A stretch of 64,000 nucleotides of DNA from contig CM119372.1 of assembly GCA_051294905.1 (NCBI GenBank), positions 3,660,001 to 3,724,000 of the forward strand, read 5' to 3'. This DNA is from Botryllus schlosseri. Lineage: Eukaryota. How positions within the stretch are numbered: the stretch's first letter is position 1; the number at the start of each line of letters is the position of its first letter. Made by a program: the position numbers and the translations under genes. The notes below the pieces were generated by a model that was not told the origin of the DNA, did no database searches, and saw only the letters and a program-made list of their open reading frames with translations. Positions 51,901 through 64,000 of the stretch are shown here, in pieces.

Positions 51901-54900
51901 TTTACCCAGAGTAAGAAACCATTTTCACTTGTAAATATATTTTTTCTCTGGGTAACAGACCTTTTTCACTTGGAAATATATTTTTCCCTGAGCAACAAAC
52001 CATTTTCACTTGGTGGGTCGTCGTTTACCTGAGTAAAAATATAATTTTCCTTTGGAGATCCGGCGTTTACCCAGTGTAACAATACATTTTCCCTTGGAAA
52101 AATACTTTTACCTGGAGTAACTAATCATTTTCTCCTGGGTAACAATCCCTTTTCGTCTGGAAACTATCATTTAACTGAGTACCAATACCGTTTTTACTTG
52201 GAAATCTATCTTTTCCCTTGGTAACAATACCATTTTCGTTTTGAAAACTGACAACCACACCGGTCAATTTGATATTTTTGTATATTGTTACAACGAACAG
52301 TGACGGAAATATACACAGACTCCCGGTTTCAGAGTATACCCCATCGGTCGTATCACATCAAAATCATCGGTTACCCACATGCAATGCGCTCTTGTACACA
52401 GAAATGCATGTTTTGGAAAATTGGACAATAGGCTTCGATAGTTCTGTGATGTCCGGGTTCGTGCTTTGGATTTTCCAGAGTCAAAATGTCTGAATAAAAC
52501 ACCTCCTTGACGATGGTTGGTATGTGGATAACGGTGTTCGGAAAACGGTTGGATTTATGTCACCCATCGCGATAACAATTCCAGGTCGAGTTTTCCCCCG
52601 CGCGTTTACTATATTGTGTCTTTATTGGTCAATGTATGTCTCGACATTCAGTTTGAAATCGGAAACCCTCATAAGTATGTAACCGGATCCGGATATCAAC
52701 TCTGAATCGATAAACCAATGAACAATATTCAAAGTAAACATGTTACACCCTGTGTTCCCACGAAAAAATACCATCCAGACATACGTAGCGCTTGTTTGCC
52801 CACATCAGTATACGCGTAAATGGAGGTGTGTGACATTGCATGCAATGTGTTGGTATACAAACATCGATCCACAGACATTATCATAGCCGGTAGTTTTGAT
52901 GTAGATCGAATGTCATCACACCCGATAACAATGTCATACCAATAAGCCACATTGCAATGACTCTGAGTCCGCGCTATTACATCGATATTTCGACACCGTT
53001 CACTGATTTACTCGATGGTGTTATCGTGTTGTAACATTACAAGCTAGTCATGGCCCTATCTCCGGACAGACCACCCAGACCAATTGGATACATCGATCAA
53101 TGTGTTGTCCACACCGAAGTTTTCTGCTGCAGCGTTTGACCATGGTGAACTATCGAAGTGGTGCTCGAAATGATTGCGATCAGTCTTTCAGTCACGATGC
53201 ATGGATGTCGCTACTCCCACATAACGACTCCAGACAAATATCGTGAACAGTGATTATGCAAATCTCGGACTGATACTGTGATCCAATAAGGTGTGTTTCT
53301 GTGGAATGAAGACTGCAATCGTACACCACATTCGAGCGATGCATTGGAATGACGCTTGTATTATTGACGTAGAAGGAACAGAAATGTATCGATTTATTGG
53401 TTTCGTACATATCCAACAAAAACCAGGGTATGTGATTGTGCGTGGTTCGCATATTCGACTGTGAACGCTCTATTGGTATATGCTGTATAGTTCACTTTCA
53501 CCGTCGTGCGAATAACCCATGTTACGGTTCGATGTTTGTGTGTCTGTATGTCACGCTTCAGATTGACTCAGAGTCATTGCAATGTGGCTTATTGGTATGA
53601 CATTGTTATCGGGTGTGATGACATTCGATCTACATCAAAACTACCGGCTATGATAATGTCTGTGGATCGATGTTTGTATACCAACACATTGCATGCAATG
53701 TCACACACCTCCATTTACGCGTATACTGATGTGGGCAAACAAGCGCTACGTATGTCTGGATGGTATTTTTTCGTGGGAACACAGGGTGTAACATGTTTAC
53801 TTTGAATATTGTTCATTGGTTTATCGATTCAGAGTTGATATCCGGATCCGGTTACATACTTATGAGGGTTTCCGATTTCAAACTGAATGTCGAGACATAC
53901 ATTGACCAATAAAGACACAATATAGTAAACGCGCGGGGGAAAACTCGACCTGGAATTGTTATCGCGATGGGTGACATAAATCCAACCGTTTTCCGAACAC
54001 CGTTATCCACATACCAACCATCGTCAAGGAGGTGTTTTATTCAGACATTTTGACTCTGGAAAATCCAAAGCACGAACCCGGACATCACAGAACTATCGAA
54101 GCCTATTGTCCAATTTTCCAAAACATGCATTTCTGTGTACAAGAGCGCATTGCATGTGGGTAACCGATGATTTTGATGTGATACGACCGATGGGGTATAC
54201 TCTGAAACCGGGAGTCTGTGTATATTTCCGTCACTGTTCGTTGTAACAATATACAAAAATATCAAATTGACCGGTGTGGTTGTCAGTTTTCAAAACGAAA
54301 ATGGTATTGTTACCAAGGGAAAAGATAGATTTCCAAGTAAAAACGGTATTGGTACTCAGTTAAATGATAGTTTCCAGACGAAAAGGGATTGTTACCCAGG
54401 AGAAAATGATTAGTTACTCCAGGTAAAAGTATTTTTCCAAGGGAAAATGTATTGTTACACTGGGTAAACGCCGGATCTCCAAAGGAAAATTATATTTTTA
54501 CTCAGGTAAACGACGACCCACCAAGTGAAAATGGTTTGTTGCTCAGGGAAAAATATATTTCCAAGTGAAAAAGGTCTGTTACCCAGAGAAAAAATATATT
54601 TACAAGTGAAAATGGTTTCTTACTCTGGGTAAACGTCAGATCTCCAAAGGAAAATAATATGTTTAGTCGGGTAAACGACGGACTGGCAAGTGAAAATGGT
54701 AATTTTACATAGGTAAACGTCGTGGGTTCAGTGTCGTTGGTCTTGTTAAACGTTATCGCTTGACGTTGGTATACTATTACGAGTGTGAAAAGGCTATGCA
54801 CGTCTTGTGCGGAGTATCGCGACAGTGAACATATTTTTGGTGTGACGAAACAAGATCGTTGTTTACATGTTAATGCATTTCGATTACCGAGTAGCTGTAC

Positions 54901-56361
54901 AACAGAGAGGAGTATACAGTTAGTTCGTGCTGTATGTCCCGACGAAAACCACAAGACCACATGTAAATCTATTAGCACAACTCGATGATGTTGATATAGT
55001 GTTACTTGAATTAATTATTACCTATTTACACAACATAAAAATGAAAATTCATGTCGTAGTAAGTTTCTTGAACTCGTACTTGATGAAAACGAATGGTGAC
55101 AAGTATGCGTTTGTGTTTGAGTGAAAAAGAATTATTTAGAGTAGTGACAGTTTGTGATCAACGAAAGCAAATCGAACATGATATTACAATATACGCTTTC
55201 GTCAACATAACGACTTGGTGTAGAAATACTTTCACGTTTTTTGAATAACTGGATTCTCGAGACTTGTTACTTGTACGATGTACCGTTGGTGTGCAAACTA
55301 TAACGACCATTTTGTATGATAGTATGTTTTACTAGTGAGGATAACCATATGATGACTCACCACTTTTCGTTAGCAAAGTAGATTGATTTGTGTGTAAGAT
55401 GTAAGCACCGTAAGTAGAAAACATATGTACTCTGTTGTTGGAGTATCTGGTTTATTGTTATGACATTGACAGAACCCTCGGGAAGTGGGTATGCTTTTCT
55501 TTCACGAAAGTTTACGCGGCTCCGTTGTAATGAATTTGTGTTAACTAAACTTGGATGGATACCGCAATTGCGCTCGACTTACACATGGTATTCGCATACT
55601 GTACGCATACAAACTTTTGTGTAAACAACTCTGATGTTTCTGTTCGTACTATTGTTGTGTGTTAAACAATTTGATTAATAAGATACATGAACAACCATTC
55701 AGACAATAAATGTCTTGAGGTAACGAAACAGTTTGAAAGCGTCACCAATCATAGTACAGGTTCGTAGCATGGGAATATCGAGTAAAGTTGATTACTTTGT
55801 GTGATGTAAATATCTTTCGTACTTTTGTAAGAGTAGTGGGGGTCTCATGAAAAAGTAACTAGTTGACAAAAAAACAAAATATTGAATGAAGGTTCGTCTG
55901 TTGTTTTCATAAGTCAAGAGAGTGAAAATTGTTGTTGTTGTTTTTGTTACACTAAATCGAAATAGTGTGAAAGCGTCACCAATCATTGCGTATGTTCGTA
56001 GCATGAGCGAATATATTCGTGTACCATGAACATCTTTCATATACACTTAGTATGAAATGAGATGCGTGGAATAATAATTAGTGTCCTACAAAAGTAAAAC
56101 TTGTTGTGTTTGCTTGTGTACTTTTTATCATTGTTTGTTGTTGAAAGACGGGTGAGTTTACATTTAAATATAGTAAGCAGGACAACTCGAGTAATAAATT
56201 TTGCTCGGTTGAAAATCGACTCGTTTGGAAATACCGGTCGATGGAGTAGCAGTATCAATATGAGTGGTATATTATTTTTCGCGAGATGCACCAATCTTCT
56301 AAGCATAACTTGTCAAAAATATATCGGGTCATAGAAAAGTAGTTGGTTGTTATGAACTCGA
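48988..56361. repeat. Large perfect inverted repeat, copy 1 (arm to 52969, spacer 52970-53564, arm 53565-56361)
   Basis: Mirror coordinates sum to 106534, and mirrored ORF translations are identical. Confidence 0.95.
51810..52245. repeat. Degenerate ~21/42-bp tandem repeat, present in all four arms
   Basis: Recurrent cgtttacc...gtaa...ccattttcacttgg units. Confidence 0.75.
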
Positions 56362-56461
56362 NNNNNNNNNNNNNNNNNNNNNNNNNNNNNNNNNNNNNNN
56401 NNNNNNNNNNNNNNNNNNNNNNNNNNNNNNNNNNNNNNNNNNNNNNNNNNNNNNNNNNNNN
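56362..56461. other. Scaffold gap (100 N)
   Basis: Run of N. Confidence 1.
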
Positions 56462-59400
56462 AAGATTACATCCAACTTGTAACTGTATCGTTTAACTACC
56501 GGGTTGCATCAGTTTGCTATTTGTGTCATTTAGTGACTGCTGAACATACCAAACGATACACATTCACTTACGAAATACTGTGTTGGTCGTAATTTCCATC
56601 ATCGTGATAATCGAAGTACATTTGTTTCGAGTTCATAACAACCAACTACTTTTCTATGACCCGATATATTTTTGACAAGTTATGCTTAGAAGATTGGTGC
56701 ATCTCGCGAAAAATAATATACCACTCATATTGATACTGCTACTCCATCGACCGGTATTTCCAAACGAGTCGATTTTCAACCGAGCAAAATTTATTACTCG
56801 AGTTGTCCTGCTTACTATATTTAAATGTAAACTCACCCGTCTTTCAACAACAAACAATGATAAAAAGTACACAAGCAAACACAACAAGTTTTACTTTTGT
56901 AGGACACTAATTATTATTCCACGCATCTCATTTCATACTAAGTGTATATGAAAGATGTTCATGGTACACGAATATATTCGCTCATGCTACGAACATACGC
57001 AATGATTGGTGACGCTTTCACACTATTTCGATTTAGTGTAACAAAAACAACAACAACAATTTTCACTCTCTTGACTTATGAAAACAACAGACGAACCTTC
57101 ATTCAATATTTTGTTTTTTTGTCAACTAGTTACTTTTTCATGAGACCCCCACTACTCTTACAAAAGTACGAAAGATATTTACATCACACAAAGTAATCAA
57201 CTTTACTCGATATTCCCATGCTACGAACCTGTACTATGATTGGTGACGCTTTCAAACTGTTTCGTTACCTCAAGACATTTATTGTCTGAATGGTTGTTCA
57301 TGTATCTTATTAATCAAATTGTTTAACACACAACAATAGTACGAACAGAAACATCAGAGTTGTTTACACAAAAGTTTGTATGCGTACAGTATGCGAATAC
57401 CATGTGTAAGTCGAGCGCAATTGCGGTATCCATCCAAGTTTAGTTAACACAAATTCATTACAACGGAGCCGCGTAAACTTTCGTGAAAGAAAAGCATACC
57501 CACTTCCCGAGGGTTCTGTCAATGTCATAACAATAAACCAGATACTCCAACAACAGAGTACATATGTTTTCTACTTACGGTGCTTACATCTTACACACAA
57601 ATCAATCTACTTTGCTAACGAAAAGTGGTGAGTCATCATATGGTTATCCTCACTAGTAAAACATACTATCATACAAAATGGTCGTTATAGTTTGCACACC
57701 AACGGTACATCGTACAAGTAACAAGTCTCGAGAATCCAGTTATTCAAAAAACGTGAAAGTATTTCTACACCAAGTCGTTATGTTGACGAAAGCGTATATT
57801 GTAATATCATGTTCGATTTGCTTTCGTTGATCACAAACTGTCACTACTCTAAATAATTCTTTTTCACTCAAACACAAACGCATACTTGTCACCATTCGTT
57901 TTCATCAAGTACGAGTTCAAGAAACTTACTACGACATGAATTTTCATTTTTATGTTGTGTAAATAGGTAATAATTAATTCAAGTAACACTATATCAACAT
58001 CATCGAGTTGTGCTAATAGATTTACATGTGGTCTTGTGGTTTTCGTCGGGACATACAGCACGAACTAACTGTATACTCCTCTCTGTTGTACAGCTACTCG
58101 GTAATCGAAATGCATTAACATGTAAACAACGATCTTGTTTCGTCACACCAAAAATATGTTCACTGTCGCGATACTCCGCACAAGACGTGCATAGCCTTTT
58201 CACACTCGTAATAGTATACCAACGTCAAGCGATAACGTTTAACAAGACCAACGACACTGAACCCACGACGTTTACCTATGTAAAATTACCATTTTCACTT
58301 GCCAGTCCGTCGTTTACCCGACTAAACATATTATTTTCCTTTGGAGATCTGACGTTTACCCAGAGTAAGAAACCATTTTCACTTGTAAATATATTTTTTC
58401 TCTGGGTAACAGACCTTTTTCACTTGGAAATATATTTTTCCCTGAGCAACAAACCATTTTCACTTGGTGGGTCGTCGTTTACCTGAGTAAAAATATAATT
58501 TTCCTTTGGAGATCCGGCGTTTACCCAGTGTAACAATACATTTTCCCTTGGAAAAATACTTTTACCTGGAGTAACTAATCATTTTCTCCTGGGTAACAAT
58601 CCCTTTTCGTCTGGAAACTATCATTTAACTGAGTACCAATACCGTTTTTACTTGGAAATCTATCTTTTCCCTTGGTAACAATACCATTTTCGTTTTGAAA
58701 ACTGACAACCACACCGGTCAATTTGATATTTTTGTATATTGTTACAACGAACAGTGACGGAAATATACACAGACTCCCGGTTTCAGAGTATACCCCATCG
58801 GTCGTATCACATCAAAATCATCGGTTACCCACATGCAATGCGCTCTTGTACACAGAAATGCATGTTTTGGAAAATTGGACAATAGGCTTCGATAGTTCTG
58901 TGATGTCCGGGTTCGTGCTTTGGATTTTCCAGAGTCAAAATGTCTGAATAAAACACCTCCTTGACGATGGTTGGTATGTGGATAACGGTGTTCGGAAAAC
59001 GGTTGGATTTATGTCACCCATCGCGATAACAATTCCAGGTCGAGTTTTCCCCCGCGCGTTTACTATATTGTGTCTTTATTGGTCAATGTATGTCTCGACA
59101 TTCAGTTTGAAATCGGAAACCCTCATAAGTATGTAACCGGATCCGGATATCAACTCTGAATCGATAAACCAATGAACAATATTCAAAGTAAACATGTTAC
59201 ACCCTGTGTTCCCACGAAAAAATACCATCCAGACATACGTAGCGCTTGTTTGCCCACATCAGTATACGCGTAAATGGAGGTGTGTGACATTGCATGCAAT
59301 GTGTTGGTATACAAACATCGATCCACAGACATTATCATAGCCGGTAGTTTTGATGTAGATCGAATGTCATCACACCCGATAACAATGTCATACCAATAAG

Positions 59401-62400
59401 CCACATTGCAATGACTCTGAGTCCGCGCTATTACATCGATATTTCGACACCGTTCACTGATTTACTCGATGGTGTTATCGTGTTGTAACATTACAAGCTA
59501 GTCATGGCCCTATCTCCGGACAGACCACCCAGACCAATTGGATACATCGATCAATGTGTTGTCCACACCGAAGTTTTCTGCTGCAGCGTTTGACCATGGT
59601 GAACTATCGAAGTGGTGCTCGAAATGATTGCGATCAGTCTTTCAGTCACGATGCATGGATGTCGCTACTCCCACATAACGACTCCAGACAAATATCGTGA
59701 ACAGTGATTATGCAAATCTCGGACTGATACTGTGATCCAATAAGGTGTGTTTCTGTGGAATGAAGACTGCAATCGTACACCACATTCGAGCGATGCATTG
59801 GAATGACGCTTGTATTATTGACGTAGAAGGAACAGAAATGTATCGATTTATTGGTTTCGTACATATCCAACAAAAACCAGGGTATGTGATTGTGCGTGGT
59901 TCGCATATTCGACTGTGAACGCTCTATTGGTATATGCTGTATAGTTCACTTTCACCGTCGTGCGAATAACCCATGTTACGGTTCGATGTTTGTGTGTCTG
60001 TATGTCACGCTTCAGATTGACTCAGAGTCATTGCAATGTGGCTTATTGGTATGACATTGTTATCGGGTGTGATGACATTCGATCTACATCAAAACTACCG
60101 GCTATGATAATGTCTGTGGATCGATGTTTGTATACCAACACATTGCATGCAATGTCACACACCTCCATTTACGCGTATACTGATGTGGGCAAACAAGCGC
60201 TACGTATGTCTGGATGGTATTTTTTCGTGGGAACACAGGGTGTAACATGTTTACTTTGAATATTGTTCATTGGTTTATCGATTCAGAGTTGATATCCGGA
60301 TCCGGTTACATACTTATGAGGGTTTCCGATTTCAAACTGAATGTCGAGACATACATTGACCAATAAAGACACAATATAGTAAACGCGCGGGGGAAAACTC
60401 GACCTGGAATTGTTATCGCGATGGGTGACATAAATCCAACCGTTTTCCGAACACCGTTATCCACATACCAACCATCGTCAAGGAGGTGTTTTATTCAGAC
60501 ATTTTGACTCTGGAAAATCCAAAGCACGAACCCGGACATCACAGAACTATCGAAGCCTATTGTCCAATTTTCCAAAACATGCATTTCTGTGTACAAGAGC
60601 GCATTGCATGTGGGTAACCGATGATTTTGATGTGATACGACCGATGGGGTATACTCTGAAACCGGGAGTCTGTGTATATTTCCGTCACTGTTCGTTGTAA
60701 CAATATACAAAAATATCAAATTGACCGGTGTGGTTGTCAGTTTTCAAAACGAAAATGGTATTGTTACCAAGGGAAAAGATAGATTTCCAAGTAAAAACGG
60801 TATTGGTACTCAGTTAAATGATAGTTTCCAGACGAAAAGGGATTGTTACCCAGGAGAAAATGATTAGTTACTCCAGGTAAAAGTATTTTTCCAAGGGAAA
60901 ATGTATTGTTACACTGGGTAAACGCCGGATCTCCAAAGGAAAATTATATTTTTACTCAGGTAAACGACGACCCACCAAGTGAAAATGGTTTGTTGCTCAG
61001 GGAAAAATATATTTCCAAGTGAAAAAGGTCTGTTACCCAGAGAAAAAATATATTTACAAGTGAAAATGGTTTCTTACTCTGGGTAAACGTCAGATCTCCA
61101 AAGGAAAATAATATGTTTAGTCGGGTAAACGACGGACTGGCAAGTGAAAATGGTAATTTTACATAGGTAAACGTCGTGGGTTCAGTGTCGTTGGTCTTGT
61201 TAAACGTTATCGCTTGACGTTGGTATACTATTACGAGTGTGAAAAGGCTATGCACGTCTTGTGCGGAGTATCGCGACAGTGAACATATTTTTGGTGTGAC
61301 GAAACAAGATCGTTGTTTACATGTTAATGCATTTCGATTACCGAGTAGCTGTACAACAGAGAGGAGTATACAGTTAGTTCGTGCTGTATGTCCCGACGAA
61401 AACCACAAGACCACATGTAAATCTATTAGCACAACTCGATGATGTTGATATAGTGTTACTTGAATTAATTATTACCTATTTACACAACATAAAAATGAAA
61501 ATTCATGTCGTAGTAAGTTTCTTGAACTCGTACTTGATGAAAACGAATGGTGACAAGTATGCGTTTGTGTTTGAGTGAAAAAGAATTATTTAGAGTAGTG
61601 ACAGTTTGTGATCAACGAAAGCAAATCGAACATGATATTACAATATACGCTTTCGTCAACATAACGACTTGGTGTAGAAATACTTTCACGTTTTTTGAAT
61701 AACTGGATTCTCGAGACTTGTTACTTGTACGATGTACCGTTGGTGTGCAAACTATAACGACCATTTTGTATGATAGTATGTTTTACTAGTGAGGATAACC
61801 ATATGATGACTCACCACTTTTCGTTAGCAAAGTAGATTGATTTGTGTGTAAGATGTAAGCACCGTAAGTAGAAAACATATGTACTCTGTTGTTGGAGTAT
61901 CTGGTTTATTGTTATGACATTGACAGAACCCTCGGGAAGTGGGTATGCTTTTCTTTCACGAAAGTTTACGCGGCTCCGTTGTAATGAATTTGTGTTAACT
62001 AAACTTGGATGGATACCGCAATTGCGCTCGACTTACACATGGTATTCGCATACTGTACGCATACAAACTTTTGTGTAAACAACTCTGATGTTTCTGTTCG
62101 TACTATTGTTGTGTGTTAAACAATTTGATTAATAAGATACATGAACAACCATTCAGACAATAAATGTCTTGAGGTAACGAAACAGTTTGAAAGCGTCACC
62201 AATCATAGTACAGGTTCGTAGCATGGGAATATCGAGTAAAGTTGATTACTTTGTGTGATGTAAATATCTTTCGTACTTTTGTAAGAGTAGTGGGGGTCTC
62301 ATGAAAAAGTAACTAGTTGACAAAAAAACAAAATATTGAATGAAGGTTCGTCTGTTGTTTTCATAAGTCAAGAGAGTGAAAATTGTTGTTGTTGTTTTTG

Positions 62401-64000
62401 TTACACTAAATCGAAATAGTGTGAAAGCGTCACCAATCATTGCGTATGTTCGTAGCATGAGCGAATATATTCGTGTACCATGAACATCTTTCATATACAC
62501 TTAGTATGAAATGAGATGCGTGGAATAATAATTAGTGTCCTACAAAAGTAAAACTTGTTGTGTTTGCTTGTGTACTTTTTATCATTGTTTGTTGTTGAAA
62601 GACGGGTGAGTTTACATTTAAATATAGTAAGCAGGACAACTCGAGTAATAAATTTTGCTCGGTTGAAAATCGACTCGTTTGGAAATACCGGTCGATGGAG
62701 TAGCAGTATCAATATGAGTGGTATATTATTTTTCGCGAGATGCACCAATCTTCTAAGCATAACTTGTCAAAAATATATCGGGTCATAGAAAAGTAGTTGG
62801 TTGTTATGAACTCGAAACAAATGTACTTCGATTATCACGATGATGGAAATTACGACCAACACAGTATTTCGTAAGTGAATGTGTATCGTTTGGTATGTTC
62901 AGCAGTCACTAAATGACACAAATAGCAAACTGATGCAACCCGGTAGTTAAACGATACAGTTACAAGTTGGATGTAATCTTGATTTACAGATGACAGCTTG
63001 ATGAGTATTGTGATGACATTTACTTTAGTGAATGACAACGGAAAAAATTTCGATTGCATTGTCGGCGTATGTGTTACACAAATAATTCTAGTACACCTAA
63101 CTATAGGATGCATTTGACAAACATCGTACAAATTGTTTCGTTGTGATGGTAACGACTTTCAGCGGTTTGGTTTCATGTCGGGAATTATTATTTGGGGGTT
63201 CAAAAACAATCAATACTACAAATGAACAACAATGCAAAACACGTTAAGTGGATTACAGCGTAGCAAGTACTTCCTTGATATTACGATTGTTGTGTACCAG
63301 ACATTTCTAACCGAATTGAATGCATCTAGCAAACACATTCCAATTTACTTTTGTAATGATCAAAGTATGTGAAATCGTGCGAATGGATTAGGTATTAATC
63401 AAGCGTCGGTATGCCAATTCACCTAGTGTGATATCTTGACACCGGATAATGTGCGAAAGTGTTTCAATTCTCGCTGCTGTTTACGATGATTAGGTATTGT
63501 ACCGGTTATTGTCTAACAAAGGAAATTGATGTTTCATCTTTAGTCTTGGTTAGTGGAGACAATTACATTTGTAAAATATTTTCTGATATCCGCGATACGC
63601 AGGGTGATATGTACCAAGGTGGAATAATTTTCCATTCAAGAACATTTCAGACACGCATAGTTTTACAACTCAATATGTTAATAACAACGATACTGAAAAG
63701 TTTGTTGCTGTCATAATAACCTTTACCACAACGCCGGGTCTAATTAACGCGAATAATTTAATAATCAAGTCATGATAGACCATTACAAAATCTCATATGT
63801 TAAATCGATGTGACAATCCTTATGTTTACATCACGATAATTTTCGATATAACACCTGCGTTCGATTGTAAGAAACTACGATGGTCATACTTCCAAATGTC
63901 GTATACTCAAATATATTATGTTAATCTCAAGTCGCCGACACCGAGTGGTAATTACTTTGTCTTACAAAATATATCGCATAGTAATCTCTTTGTCTTGTTG
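56462..64000. repeat. Inverted repeat, copy 2 (arm 56462-59423, spacer 59424-60018, arm 60019 to beyond 64000)
   Basis: 56462-62815 repeats 50008-56361 at offset 6454. The last arm mirrors the first (sum 112988, so 64000 pairs with 48988). Confidence 0.95.

Noticed and set aside
50200..62788. Multi-copy gene cluster suggested by identical short ORFs
   Set aside because: The ORFs are copies produced by the palindrome and the probable assembly overlap. Most have no credible protein features.
46474..64000. Complete autonomous Polinton
   Set aside because: No pPolB, integrase, packaging ATPase or capsid ORF is visible in the window.

Overview
AT-rich, repeat-dense animal (eukaryotic) genomic DNA with GT-AG introns; no rRNA, tRNA or CRISPR seen. 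(1) 1-14 kb: relics of DNA transposons (pogo-like, hAT/Charlie MITEs) and LINE 3' ends. (2) 14.3-26.3 kb: a spliced + strand gene of about 10 coding exons ending in six phase-0 exons of ribonuclease-inhibitor/NLR-type leucine-rich repeats, with no NACHT domain visible. Its introns hold an I-clade LINE relic, a Chapaev3-like element and a nest of three hAT elements. (3) 27.1-29.4 kb: a young non-coding LTR element with apparently identical 724-bp LTRs, ACTA TSD and a tRNA-Arg-like PBS. (4) 30.8-38.5 kb: a decayed minus-strand membrane-protein cassette, split by a 4.76-kb TIR element with a 10-bp TSD, GGCCGGCC arrays and an internal 600-bp inverted repeat. (5) From 46.5 kb: a Polinton/Maverick-like region with an AGTAGT terminus, subterminal repeats, a frameshifted adenain-type protease and possible decayed BTB-kelch-like genes. 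It folds into an apparently perfect palindrome with arms of at least 4 kb around a 595-bp spacer. The second copy of this palindrome across the 100-N gap is most likely an unmerged contig overlap. All calls come from reading the sequence by eye; no database searches were run.
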